Of a stretch of DNA of 39,468 nucleotides, positions 27,337 through 36,680 are shown piece by piece; positions within the stretch are counted from its first letter, which is position 1, and each line of letters begins with the position of its first letter. This DNA is from a virus (Duplodnaviria > Caudoviricetes): IMG/VR virus record IMGVR_UViG_3300048854_000051, positions 1 to 39,468 of that record, one strand, 5' to 3'. The notes below the pieces were generated by a model. The model saw only the letters and a program-made list of their open reading frames with translations. It searched no databases and was not told the DNA's origin. A program made the translations under genes and the position numbers.

Positions 27337-27352
27337 CTGTATACATGTACAG
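27337..27352. promoter_or_regulatory. LexA (SOS) box overlapping a rightward promoter
   Basis: CTGT-ATACATGT-ACAG matches the gammaproteobacterial CTGT-N8-ACAG consensus; TTGACC at 27310. Confidence 0.85.
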
Positions 27353-27367
27353 CTAATCGAGATCGTC

Positions 27368-27661
27368 ATGCATTTCCTTATCACGCCGCGGCGCCGCCTG
27401 GGTGTCGCTATCAGCAAGCAGGAGTTGAGGGACTTTGAGCCCATCAAGGGCGATGTCCAGATCGATGAACGCCATGACGCTGTTTTTGGTCGAACAACTG
27501 CAGAGGCGTCCATCTTCAATAGTGTTGCTCGATCACCGGACATCCTGCCGCCATTGCTTGACGTGAGGATTACCGGAATGGGCTCCCAGGGCATGAACCT
27601 GACTGGCGTCGAGCGGATCGGTGATGCCTTCTATGCTCAATCATGGTGGTGTCGGCTATGA
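27368..27661 (+). CDS. Hypothetical protein, likely LexA-regulated
   Basis: Starts 15 nt after the SOS box; ends YAQSWWCRL. Confidence 0.75.
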   Translation: MHFLITPRRRLGVAISKQELRDFEPIKGDVQIDERHDAVFGRTTAEASIFNSVARSPDILPPLLDVRITGMGSQGMNLTGVERIGDAFYAQSWWCRL

Positions 27662-27924
27662 CGAGGGTTCGGGCGATGGACGCAGAAACCAAAGTGCGAG
27701 AACTGAAGCTCTGGAATGATCACCTGGAACACGAGGCGCAGCGCGAGAGCGCGACCGGTTTCTGGTACGGGCAACTGGTCGGGCATGCGATGGCGCTCGG
27801 ACGCCTGGGTGTCATCGATGAGGAAGAGTTGCGCGAGATGCTGGAACTGGCAGAGGCAGCGCACAGCCATGTGATCGAATCGCTGATTCACCACAACTGG
27901 CCGGTTGAGGGCGAGGACATATAA
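27658..27924 (+). CDS. Hypothetical protein
   Basis: ATGA-coupled to the previous gene; GVIDEEELREMLELA; start uncertain. Confidence 0.65.
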   Translation: MTRVRAMDAETKVRELKLWNDHLEHEAQRESATGFWYGQLVGHAMALGRLGVIDEEELREMLELAEAAHSHVIESLIHHNWPVEGEDI

Positions 27925-27972
27925 AGGAAGGGTGTTCGTTTGGCAGGACGCCGGGGATTGCCCGGCCCGGCG

Positions 27973-29235
27973 TTATCTGGCGTTGACCTTGGCCTTAAAT
28001 TCTTCTCTCTTTGCGTCTGCCAGCCCATCCCTGAGCGCTTCCAGATAGTCTGCGTACCACTGCATCATGTGCCGCCGCTGCGGCAGGTACTTCGCTTTGT
28101 TGTAAATCCCGCTTATACCCCCCTCCTTGTGGGCCAGCTGCATTTCGATGTGATCCTTGGTCCATTCATGTTCCCGTAGGAGCGTGCTCGCCGTGTGCCG
28201 TGTACCGTGCCCTACAAGCCTTCCTTTATAGCCAACCGCTGCAAACACCTTATTGATGGTGTTCTCGCTGATGACTTCGGTCTTCTGCCCGATGCCTGGG
28301 AACAGGTAACGGCTTCTGCCGGTCATCTCATATAGCTCTCGTAGCGCGGCCACTGCTTGGTCGCAGAGCGGAATCAGGATATCCCTGTCCATCTTCATGT
28401 TCTCGGCCGACACGCTCCAGACACCTTTATCCAGATCCATGTCTGGCCACTCGGCCCACCGGACCATGCCCGGCCTTGACGCTGTCCAGATCGTGAGCCA
28501 AGCGGCGGTGCGTGCGATCAACCTGCTCGTGGTCTTTTGCATGGCCCGCATGAAATCTGGGATCTCTGGCTCCAGCAGGTGTGGGTACTGCTTTGTTTTC
28601 GGTGCCTCAGCAGCGATCACCAGCAGTTCGGATGCCGGGTTGTACTCCATCATCCCTTTTGCGATGGCCTGACTAAAGATTTCCTTGAGCCAGCCCCGCG
28701 TCTTCTTGGCGACATTGAATGCGTTACGCGCCTCGATGCTGGCTTGAAGGTCGGCGCAATGGCGGCGTGTAACTTCACTGACTTGCATATCGCCCAGGGC
28801 CGGGAACAAATCTTTGTCCAGGTAGGTGCGGATCTTGTCGAGGGTTGATTCCGCTCGACCACCCTTTTCCTTCTTCTCAAGCCAAGCGGTGGCCACCGCT
28901 CGGAAGGTCGTGGACGTCGCGGACTCCACCGCCTTCTTGGCGGTCTGCTTCTGATTGGCTGGCTCGATGCCGTTCTCGATCAGTTCGAGTGCTTCTGCGG
29001 ATTTCTCTCTGGCCCGCTTGGCTGATACCTCCGGATAGCCGCCAAGACCTAGCCATGACCACTTTCCGTCAGCAATGCGCTTGTAGCGGAATTCCCAGCG
29101 TTTCCGGCCATTAGCGGACACAACGAAGTAGATCCGATCAATACCGTAGGTTTCCCGGTATTCCTTGGGCTCTGGCTCAAGCGAGGATAGTACAGTGTCC
29201 GCGAGAGGGCGGCGCTTGATGTCGGAGCGCTTCAT
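27973..29235 (-). CDS. int: Tyrosine integrase (P4-like, N-terminal arm-binding domain)
   Basis: TASRPG (R), HGTRHT (HxxR), QLAH, catalytic Y in IYNKAKY; N-terminal LGGYPEVS. Confidence 0.95.
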   Translation of the reverse strand: MKRSDIKRRPLADTVLSSLEPEPKEYRETYGIDRIYFVVSANGRKRWEFRYKRIADGKWSWLGLGGYPEVSAKRAREKSAEALELIENGIEPANQKQTAKKAVESATSTTFRAVATAWLEKKEKGGRAESTLDKIRTYLDKDLFPALGDMQVSEVTRRHCADLQASIEARNAFNVAKKTRGWLKEIFSQAIAKGMMEYNPASELLVIAAEAPKTKQYPHLLEPEIPDFMRAMQKTTSRLIARTAAWLTIWTASRPGMVRWAEWPDMDLDKGVWSVSAENMKMDRDILIPLCDQAVAALRELYEMTGRSRYLFPGIGQKTEVISENTINKVFAAVGYKGRLVGHGTRHTASTLLREHEWTKDHIEMQLAHKEGGISGIYNKAKYLPQRRHMMQWYADYLEALRDGLADAKREEFKAKVNAR

Positions 29236-29239
29236 TTCT

Positions 29240-29485
29240 TGTATGGCTCAGTTCGTGATTTTGGCGACCATACATCACGCCATACACGGCAACAAGGAAC
29301 AAGATGGAAAATGATGGGATAAGCTGAAACAAGAAAGCCGGCGCAGTGGCCGGCTTTGCTGTGTATCTGGTACATGCTGGATCAACATGAAACCTTCAGA
29401 TGGTGCCCCGAGGGAGACTCGAATTACTCCGTAAACATTGGTTGTGTATGGGTGTTTCGATGGCGGCCATACAAGCGGCCATACA
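29240..29485. other. attP: core matching a tRNA 3' end, flanked by arm-type repeats
   Basis: 29401-29423 reverse complement TTCGAGTCTCCCTCGGGGCACCA (T-loop, acceptor strand, CCA; probably tRNA-Leu, from memory). CCATACA at 29268, 29280, 29467 and 29479; inverted copies at 29240 and 29445. Confidence 0.85.
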
Positions 29486-29556
29486 GGAAGGCTTGCGCTG
29501 TGACGATTTTCGCAGAATATTGCCCCGCTCTGATGGCGGGGCGAAGTGAATTGTAA

Positions 29557-29787
29557 TTATGCAGCTGCCCTGCTGTCTCCCTTTGATTTGATCCAAGCCT
29601 CGATCTCGGATTTCACGAAGTAGGCGTGGGCCTGTCTATGCATGCCGTCTTTGATCGGCGCAGGGAAGGCCGAGTCCTTTTCGCGGACCCGATGCAGCGT
29701 TGTTCGACTGATGCCAAGCATCATCAGCACGTCTTTGATATTGATCAAGACGCGCTCAGTGGCGGGTTTTTGAAGTCCGGCATTCAT
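29557..29787 (-). CDS. AlpA-family regulator / excisionase
   Basis: LINIKDVLMMLGISRTTLHR...FPAPIK...EIEAWI; adjacent to attP. Confidence 0.85.
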   Translation of the reverse strand: MNAGLQKPATERVLINIKDVLMMLGISRTTLHRVREKDSAFPAPIKDGMHRQAHAYFVKSEIEAWIKSKGDSRAAA

Positions 29788-29844
29788 GGGCAATACCTCC
29801 CCGCATCGCTGATGCGACGGGGTTAAAAAGTTGGGGAAGGGGGT

Positions 29845-30045
29845 TTAAGCCGGCCGACTCGCTTTAAACGTAATCAGCCAGTAGATGTAAATCGTCAGCC
29901 CGATCCAGAACGCCGAGAATCCGTAGGCGATCCAGTGGGCGACGGCGGTGTCCATTTTCAGGAGCATCGGGACGCCGATGGCGAACCAGAGGATGAGCAT
30001 TGATAGGTAGGGGATGGTGCAGAGGACGAGGTTGAGTTTGGTCAT
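29845..30045 (-). CDS. Small two-TM membrane protein
   Basis: Two hydrophobic segments; coupled to the upstream ORF. Confidence 0.65.
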   Translation of the reverse strand: MTKLNLVLCTIPYLSMLILWFAIGVPMLLKMDTAVAHWIAYGFSAFWIGLTIYIYWLITFKASRPA

Positions 30046-30278
30046 ACCAAAGCCCTCTTCCTCGGTGACTTCTTCACCACCTTGCGATTCTTGATTTCAT
30101 CCAGCCGCTCGGTGGCCACCGTGATGAAGTCGCGCCATTCGCCGGTCAGTACAGGGTATTTCTCCCCGTCGAACTCTATCCAGAGGTTGTATTTTTTTCT
30201 GATAGGCTCGCGCTCAATGCAAGCAAAGAGAGCGCCCACGCGGCCATCCGCGCAGCGATGATGCACGTCGATTTGCAT
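30042..30278 (-). CDS. Hypothetical protein
   Basis: SD AAGGA; operon direction. Confidence 0.65.
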   Translation of the reverse strand: MQIDVHHRCADGRVGALFACIEREPIRKKYNLWIEFDGEKYPVLTGEWRDFITVATERLDEIKNRKVVKKSPRKRALV

Positions 30279-30314
30279 GTTGGTTTCCTTGCCGCGCAGG
30301 GCGGCAGATGGTGG

Positions 30315-30638
30315 TTACAGGTGGCGGAGTTCTTTTCGCTGCTCAGGCGACTGCGCGGGATATCCGAAGTAGAAGCGTCGTTTGCCTGTGTAGCCGCACT
30401 CTCTGCATCCGGACGATTGGCCGCAACCGCAACCACCTTCACATCCGCAGCTGCACCCGCTACACGCCAACGTCACTACGCCTTCTTCCTCGACTTCTCC
30501 GTCCGAGGTAATCCGGTAATTGCGCCGCCGATCAAGCCTGAACCCAGCCACTTCTTCGGCATGCTTATATGTTGTGAGCTCGACTCGAAAGCCGTGTTTA
30601 GCGCTTGGATCGGCGACTGACCGCATAACTTTTGGCAT
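30315..30638 (-). CDS. Cys-rich hypothetical protein
   Basis: Start MPKVMRS; CSGCSCGCEGGCGCGQSSGCRECGYTGKRR. Confidence 0.7.
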   Translation of the reverse strand: MPKVMRSVADPSAKHGFRVELTTYKHAEEVAGFRLDRRRNYRITSDGEVEEEGVVTLACSGCSCGCEGGCGCGQSSGCRECGYTGKRRFYFGYPAQSPEQRKELRHL

Positions 30639-30692
30639 GCAGAATTCCTTGCCGCCGGTCACCGGCAGGCTGTGTAGAGATGGGGGAGGGTT

Positions 30693-31781
30693 TTAGGCTG
30701 CTGGCGCTGCGTCGTGAAACACGTCCATCTGCGCGGCGCCGTCCAGCCACGCACTATCGATTCTCGCTCGAGCTAAAGCGGCGTATTCGGGATTGAGTTC
30801 GCACAGGATTGACCGGCGACCTTCCTGCATCGAAACGAGAGACGTGGTGCCCGCGCCGCCGAACGGGTCCAGCACGATACCGCCGCGCGGCGCCCCGGCC
30901 AGAACGCACGGCCGGATCAGGTCGAGCGGAAAGGTGGCGAAATGGGCGCCTTTAAAACCGGTCGTGGCCACCGTCCAAACGCTGCGCTTGTTTCGCGTGC
31001 CGCCAGTGTTGTCCTGATTGCCGATGCTGTCGTTCTCGGCTTGCGTGTCATTGTCAAAGCTCTGATTGCCGGTATACACACCGCCGCCCCTGAACGTCTT
31101 GCGATTCCCTTTCCGGTGCTGGGCTGCGCTTTGCCCTGGTATGACGTGCAGCGAACTGGCGCCTGCGCGCTCAAACTGCGAGGCCTGCTCTGACTGTCCA
31201 CCAATGGCTGTTTCCCGGATGGCCCGCATGTCGCAGTGGTACCGGCGAGACTTGCTCAGCAGGAAAATGTATTCGTGGGCCTTCGTGCAACGATCTTGCG
31301 TCGATTCCGGCATAGGGTTGGGCTTGTGCCAGATGATGTCCTGCCGCAGATACCAGCCGTCATCCTGCAGCGCGAACGCCAAGCGCCATGGCATGCCCAT
31401 CAAGTCCTTCGGCTTGTACTCGGCATGGGTGGTTGCTTTGCCTTTGCGCTGTGATGCCATCACCTGGCGCTGGCTGATCGTCGATACCCCGACCCCCATA
31501 TCATCGCGCCCGTGTGCACCCCAGCTGCCGGCATAGCTGTCGCCCATATTCACCCAGGCCGTACCGTCGTCGCGGAGTACTCGGCGCACTTCGCGGAAAA
31601 CCTCAACCAGGCGGGCAATGAATGCCGCTGGCGTTTCTTCCAGCCCGATCTGGCCCTCGACGCCATAGTCGCGCAAGCCGAAGTAGGGCGGGCTGGTCAC
31701 GCAGGTGTTTACCGACTTGTCTGGCAGCGTCCGCATCATGTCGATGCAGTCACCGATCAGGATTTGGTGGTTTTCGCTCAT
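30693..31781 (-). CDS. DNA methyltransferase (N4-cytosine/N6-adenine family, beta order)
   Basis: TSPPY catalytic motif before the LDPFGGAGTT SAM motif; HFATFP. Confidence 0.93.
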   Translation of the reverse strand: MSENHQILIGDCIDMMRTLPDKSVNTCVTSPPYFGLRDYGVEGQIGLEETPAAFIARLVEVFREVRRVLRDDGTAWVNMGDSYAGSWGAHGRDDMGVGVSTISQRQVMASQRKGKATTHAEYKPKDLMGMPWRLAFALQDDGWYLRQDIIWHKPNPMPESTQDRCTKAHEYIFLLSKSRRYHCDMRAIRETAIGGQSEQASQFERAGASSLHVIPGQSAAQHRKGNRKTFRGGGVYTGNQSFDNDTQAENDSIGNQDNTGGTRNKRSVWTVATTGFKGAHFATFPLDLIRPCVLAGAPRGGIVLDPFGGAGTTSLVSMQEGRRSILCELNPEYAALARARIDSAWLDGAAQMDVFHDAAPAA

Positions 31782-31839
31782 CACCGCGGCCCCTTCCAGA
31801 TGAGATAGGCCATGTAGGCGAGGGCATAGACCGGGATGG

Positions 31840-32028
31840 TCATGGCTTTGGCTCCTCTGGCTCCCAAGCGTTCTGGTGGAGATGATCGGTCACCTCGTCG
31901 TAGATAGACTGGGCGATGTGGTCGTCTGAGGGGTTGTCCTGGTTCAGCGTCAGGTTCAGGTAAAGCGGTTCTCGCTCTTGGCCACCTTTCTTGAAGTGGA
32001 TTTCAACGTTCATGCTGACCCTGCTCAT
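31840..32028 (-). CDS. Hypothetical protein
   Basis: ATGA-coupled 62-aa ORF. Confidence 0.6.
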   Translation of the reverse strand: MSRVSMNVEIHFKKGGQEREPLYLNLTLNQDNPSDDHIAQSIYDEVTDHLHQNAWEPEEPKP

Positions 32029-32474
32029 GGTGTCACCTGCCGATCGACGTTCCGGACATCTTCAGCTGTAACCGTGTACTGCTCGATATTCTTTACCGTG
32101 AAAAAGTCAGGCTGGCAGTACTTGCGAGCCCAAGCCTTAAGCGGCTCAAGTGCTTCCTCAAGATCAATCAATGCTGGCCTATCCACGGATGGGTAATCTT
32201 CAACCAACTCGCCCGCATCGCTGGATGCAGCGTTATCACACATGATTTCGGTGATCTGGTTCGCGTCAGGCAGGAAGCCGGCCGGGTCGTCCTTGCATTC
32301 GGTGCCGCGATAGATCGTGTCGCCTATAGCCAGGCCGAGACCAAGTCCGGGGCCGAAGCTTGTGCCTTCTTCGGCACTGCCGTAGTTGTCGCGAATCAGA
32401 TCTGCGAGGCTGTTGTAGTCCCACGATCCGTTTTCACCATCAATTGACCACTTTTTATTGGCTGGCGTTTCCAT
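32025..32474 (-). CDS. Acidic hypothetical protein
   Basis: 149-aa ORF in the early-left operon. Confidence 0.7.
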   Translation of the reverse strand: METPANKKWSIDGENGSWDYNSLADLIRDNYGSAEEGTSFGPGLGLGLAIGDTIYRGTECKDDPAGFLPDANQITEIMCDNAASSDAGELVEDYPSVDRPALIDLEEALEPLKAWARKYCQPDFFTVKNIEQYTVTAEDVRNVDRQVTP

Positions 32475-32531
32475 TGGGCAATACCTGTCCTTACCGCTAT
32501 AGCGGCTGACTTTGAATTGATTGGGATGGGG

Positions 32532-32753
32532 TTATTTAGGATTGTTCTTGATGAACTCAGCAACGCAGGCCCGGCCGTATTCCAGCATCTGCTCGAGCGT
32601 GTAGCCCGGCACTTCGCGATTGGGCTCAAGGAAGCCCCAGTGCCGGGGTGGGTGCGGCAGGATGACGGTCGGCGGGAGCAGGCTTTTCTGCGCTGGCTTG
32701 TTCATGTCCACACCGCCCAGACCAGCGGGATAGTACCATTCATGACTGGTCAT
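32532..32753 (-). CDS. Hypothetical protein (start uncertain)
   Basis: GYTLEQMLEYGRAC motif, often seen in phage early proteins. Confidence 0.55.
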   Translation of the reverse strand: MTSHEWYYPAGLGGVDMNKPAQKSLLPPTVILPHPPRHWGFLEPNREVPGYTLEQMLEYGRACVAEFIKNNPK

Positions 32754-32958
32754 CCTTCATGGCTGGCGCTTCATATTGCTGATCATCGAACACCTCGGTA
32801 TCTACCGGTTCGGTCTTGTTGGTCATGTCCTTTTATCCCGCAGCGTGTGACATGGGCTTTTCGGATCAAGGCAGTAAATTCCCAGCGCCTTGCATCGGGA
32901 ACATGGGGCTATGACTACCTTTACATAGGGCTTGACTGGCTTATGATCACTCATCTTA

Positions 32959-33681
32959 TTAATCCTTCGCGGCTGGCGCGGATTGCATCATGAATTCCCG
33001 TATCCGCTTGAGCGTAAGCATCGCCGGTCTATCACCTTTGGCGCGGGCCCAGTTACCGAAAAATACGTTTCTATTTACCTCGCTCAGCAGCTCCCGCGCC
33101 TTGGTCAATTCGGATTCAGCAAGACGCGCCCGCTGTAAATGGCAGCGTGATTGGAACTTGTATTTCTCCACCTCAGCCTGTAGCCGGGCGGTGTGAGCGC
33201 GGTCAGCAGACACCTCAAGTTTGTAGTCATCTGATTCTAAAAACTCAGATAGCCACCCCTGTAAGCTCTCTTCGTAAACCGTATGTCCTTCGCGATTCAT
33301 CATCAGCCACCCAGCAAAAGATGCGGCGGCATGAGATACCACTTCCGGCTCCCCGCCAGCAGGCGGCGCAGCGGCATCGATACACTTCGGGCAAGTCGGG
33401 CGGCTACCGCCCCAAAGCTCTTCCGGCGTGTAGTCACCGGCAACGAGCAAAGCCTTCTCTTCCTCGGTGGGGGTGCAGCACGCAGGCGCGGCATGCTTCA
33501 GATCGTCGATGGTCTGATCTGCCACAGTCAGCCGCGCTTGCAGGGCATCACGCTCAGCGGTCACCCGGTCGAAGTCGCTCAGCAATCCCTTTGCGATGTT
33601 GTAGTACTGAAGCTGGGACATGCTGCTTTTCATTGCGATAGTAAACGGCGCCTGAATTGCCACTCGGGTTATTTCGCTCAT
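32959..33681 (-). CDS. Mosaic early protein with coiled-coil segments
   Basis: FDRVTAERDALQARL and TARLQAEVE segments; coupled to the upstream gene. Confidence 0.65.
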   Translation of the reverse strand: MSEITRVAIQAPFTIAMKSSMSQLQYYNIAKGLLSDFDRVTAERDALQARLTVADQTIDDLKHAAPACCTPTEEEKALLVAGDYTPEELWGGSRPTCPKCIDAAAPPAGGEPEVVSHAAASFAGWLMMNREGHTVYEESLQGWLSEFLESDDYKLEVSADRAHTARLQAEVEKYKFQSRCHLQRARLAESELTKARELLSEVNRNVFFGNWARAKGDRPAMLTLKRIREFMMQSAPAAKD

Positions 33682-33992
33682 CATGCAGCCTCCACTGATA
33701 CCAGGTCGGCGGCATCCACAACCGTCATACCCAGGCGCTCAGCGATCAGCACCTCCAGGCGTGCGCCCTTTGAATGCTCCCAGCCGGGCAGCGTGGCCAC
33801 TGTGTCGCAGTCCATCAGGGCGGCGATGTCGCGGCGCATGCAGTCGCTCCAAGAGGTGCTATCCGGGTTTAGCTCGGCAGGGTTGGTGACCAAATGCCCT
33901 TGGGCGCGCAGGCTCTCGGCCGTTGCGTGAAATGCAGGGAAATTGAATTCCGGCAGGCCAGTCATTGGCCCGCTGATATAAATGCGCTTCAT
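33681..33992 (-). CDS. DUF4406-like (nucleoside deoxyribosyltransferase-like) protein
   Basis: MKRIYISGPMTGLPEFNFPAF, NPAE, LPGWEHSKGARLE. Confidence 0.85.
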   Translation of the reverse strand: MKRIYISGPMTGLPEFNFPAFHATAESLRAQGHLVTNPAELNPDSTSWSDCMRRDIAALMDCDTVATLPGWEHSKGARLEVLIAERLGMTVVDAADLVSVEAA

Positions 33993-34095
33993 GGGTATCT
34001 CCAGACAGCCGAGGCGTTGGTGGGGTAGGGGTTATAGACTCGATTCGCCGGTATCGATCTTGCGCAGATCCATCAGCGGGATGCGGTCATCGCCA

Positions 34096-34317
34096 TCACA
34101 ATTCCTCATCTTCACAAATCTTCTGCGCCCAGGCTGTTTGCGAGCGGCACCGAATAACCAGATTGATCGTTGGGCGGCAGCCGATCCGAACCTTGTCGCG
34201 AACGCTGTAGGCGGTCGCCTTGATGGCTTCATCGGTGCCGTGAATGCGGTAGGCCAGCAACAGCATAAGGATCGCGTCCATCATGCTGTACTGGTACGTC
34301 GTGAGAGGTATCTGCAT
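34096..34317 (-). CDS. Hypothetical protein
   Basis: 73-aa ORF in the operon direction. Confidence 0.6.
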   Translation of the reverse strand: MQIPLTTYQYSMMDAILMLLLAYRIHGTDEAIKATAYSVRDKVRIGCRPTINLVIRCRSQTAWAQKICEDEEL

Positions 34318-34389
34318 GTTTAAGTCCGCTCGGTGGGATGTGCAGATTTGCTGGGCGGCGGCGCTGTCTGACGCGGTTGTTGACCTTTC

Positions 34390-34578
34390 TCACCGATATC
34401 GCGCCATCTGCAATTCGCTACGGATGTTTTCGAGTTGCTTGTTGATGTTTGCGATAGTCCAGGCCGCCGTATCGGCGTACTTGGCGCGCCACGAACTTTC
34501 TTTCTCGGCCAGGCGGCGAAGATTTTGTTTGTGGTGCTGCTCTTCCCGAAGGAGTTCGTTCGTTGTTTTGAAGGTCAT
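34390..34578 (-). CDS. Hypothetical protein
   Basis: 62-aa helical ORF right after ssb. Confidence 0.6.
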   Translation of the reverse strand: MTFKTTNELLREEQHHKQNLRRLAEKESSWRAKYADTAAWTIANINKQLENIRSELQMARYR

Positions 34579-34580
34579 GG

Positions 34581-35069
34581 TTAGGCCCCCGCGAGGTGGT
34601 GCAGCCGATTAAATGGAATATCATCGTCGAAGCTGTCCGGCGGCGATGCCTGCTGGCTTGGTTGTGCCCGCGGCTGCTGTCGTGCTGCGGCAGCTTGTGG
34701 ATGAGCTTGACGCTGATCACCATCCTGCGGCTTACCGCCGAGCAACTGCATGCGGCCCTGCATATCCACCACGATCTCCGTGGTATAGCGCTTGATGCCG
34801 TCTTTCTCCCATTCGCGGGTTTGCAACTTGCCCTCGATGTAAACCTGCGAGCCCTTGCGCAGGTACTCCCCGGCAATTTCCGCGAGCTTGCCGAACATGG
34901 AAACCCGGTGCCATTCGGTCTTTTCTACCTTCTGCCCGGACTGCTTGTCGTTCCACTGCTCGCTGGTCGCCAGACTCAGGTTGGTCACGGCGTTACCGTT
35001 GGGCAAATAGCGAACCTCTGGATCCTGGCCGCAAGTGCCGACCAATATGACTTTGTTAACGCCTTTCAT
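34581..35069 (-). CDS. ssb: Single-stranded DNA-binding protein
   Basis: [42 protein letters not shown]. Confidence 0.96.
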   Translation of the reverse strand: MKGVNKVILVGTCGQDPEVRYLPNGNAVTNLSLATSEQWNDKQSGQKVEKTEWHRVSMFGKLAEIAGEYLRKGSQVYIEGKLQTREWEKDGIKRYTTEIVVDMQGRMQLLGGKPQDGDQRQAHPQAAAARQQPRAQPSQQASPPDSFDDDIPFNRLHHLAGA

Positions 35070-35077
35070 GCATCCAC

Positions 35078-35575
35078 CTACTTGATCGAAATTGAAGACT
35101 TGCCGATTTCCGAGTGAGCGCCCGGAATGTCGGCACCTTCCTTAATCGCCTTGGCAATCATTGCCTTGTCTGGAATGCTGGTGACCTTGGTGTTGAAGTA
35201 GTCTTCAGGAATGGCCTTTTCATTGTCGATGACGACGACAGGGCGACCCTTGCCGAGACTGATGGTGAACAGCGGGTGACTGATTCTGGTGATGCCTGAC
35301 GCCTCCATGTTCGTGCGCAGGTACTCCTTCAGCGACTCCTTGCGGTTGGTGATAATCCGCTTGCGCTCGGCCAGACGATCAATCTGCGATTGAATCGCCT
35401 CTAGGTCGCCGTCGATATTGAGAGTGAGCATGGCGATTGCCTTGCCCTTGTCTTCGAACTCAGCCTGAATCGCGCCCATGGTGTCGTGGATGGCTACGGC
35501 CAAATCTTCTTCGGCCGTATCAGCCAGTACGGCGAGCTCCTGGAACTCCTTGCTGATTTGGTAGAGAGCGGTCAT
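35078..35575 (-). CDS. Siphovirus Gp157-family protein
   Basis: MTALYQI..., [33 protein letters not shown]. Confidence 0.85.
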   Translation of the reverse strand: MTALYQISKEFQELAVLADTAEEDLAVAIHDTMGAIQAEFEDKGKAIAMLTLNIDGDLEAIQSQIDRLAERKRIITNRKESLKEYLRTNMEASGITRISHPLFTISLGKGRPVVVIDNEKAIPEDYFNTKVTSIPDKAMIAKAIKEGADIPGAHSEIGKSSISIK

Positions 35576-36309
35576 TACGCAGCCTCCTTCTGAAGTCGTG
35601 GTTTCTGTTCTTCGTACTCGCGAGTAATGCGGGTTACGGCCTTAATGTCGTTACGCGCAGCAAGCTTTTTAACAGCCACGTCGTGGATCTTCTTGAGTTC
35701 GTTGGCTGACTGCGCGCCTTTCAGTAGGTCGACTACAGACTGGATGTAGTCCAGTCGCGCCTGTTTCTGGCGCTCCTCCTCTTCAACCTTGTCTTCCGCC
35801 TTTTCTAGCGCCACTTCATCGCGGACTGCTTCGACGTATTCAGCGTTATCGAACATGCCCATATGGATGTCTGCAGCGAACCCGAGAGGCTGCAGGCACT
35901 TGCCGATTGCATCAGTAAGCGATTTTTTCGCCGCCTCCCAGTCGGTGATGATCTTCCCCTGCTGGATCAGCACGAACGGCGTATGCCCGTAATGCTCGAC
36001 CGTGCATTTCTGGCCTTCCTTGCCCAGGTACCAGAGCTGGATCTTCAGCGTGTGCAATTTGGCGTTTATGCGCGGCGCCTCAGGCCATTCCTTCGTTGGA
36101 GCCTGAAGGGGGCCGCCTTCATCAAAGCGGTCTTCCAGCACCGTCCAGCCCCAACCCTCGCCGCAGGGGCCGAAAACCTCGGTAGCCTTGCGCATCAGGT
36201 AAGTTGGCTTGATCGCGGTACCTTTGAAGCCGCCCATGCCGGTGAAGTTCTTGGTGGCGCTAGGGTCGGTCGTGTCGACCTGATCCCATATCCTCGTATT
36301 TTCGGACAT
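35575..36309 (-). CDS. Probable single-strand annealing recombinase (Sak/Rad52-like)
   Basis: ATEVFGPCGEGWGW and EAAKKSLTDAIGKC..LGFAADIHMG; in an operon with gp157 and ssb. Confidence 0.7.
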   Translation of the reverse strand: MSENTRIWDQVDTTDPSATKNFTGMGGFKGTAIKPTYLMRKATEVFGPCGEGWGWTVLEDRFDEGGPLQAPTKEWPEAPRINAKLHTLKIQLWYLGKEGQKCTVEHYGHTPFVLIQQGKIITDWEAAKKSLTDAIGKCLQPLGFAADIHMGMFDNAEYVEAVRDEVALEKAEDKVEEEERQKQARLDYIQSVVDLLKGAQSANELKKIHDVAVKKLAARNDIKAVTRITREYEEQKPRLQKEAA

Positions 36310-36321
36310 GACAATCTCCAC

Positions 36322-36630
36322 TTAAAGGGCTGTGCGTGCGCCGTCTGGCTTCTGAGCCCAGAAGTCGAAGGCAAAGGCAGAAAGCGACATGTGCATGTTG
36401 TTGGCGAGTTCGCGGCTAGGCTCGCGCAATTCGTCTTTCAGGTAGCACCACTGCAATTCGCCGAAGCTGTAGGCGTGCGGCGATTTGGCCTGAATCTCCT
36501 TGGCGAGCGCTTCGAAGAAGTCCGCCTGCTGCACGGTGTCCATGCTCCAGAACGCCTTGGCGAGAATGTCGGGGGTGACTTGGACCTGAAAACCTTCGGC
36601 GACGACGATCTCAACTGGTGAATTTTCCAC
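36322..36630 (-). CDS. Hypothetical protein
   Basis: GTG start with SD AAGGA; LAKAFWSMD..QQADFF. Confidence 0.65.
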   Translation of the reverse strand: MENSPVEIVVAEGFQVQVTPDILAKAFWSMDTVQQADFFEALAKEIQAKSPHAYSFGELQWCYLKDELREPSRELANNMHMSLSAFAFDFWAQKPDGARTAL

Positions 36631-36680
36631 GTGGAATCCTTGCCGCGATCTACGCAGCGTTGAAAGTTGAATTTATTTGG

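Noticed and set aside
29401-29423. tRNA gene
   Set aside because: Only the last 23 nt are present; this is the att core.
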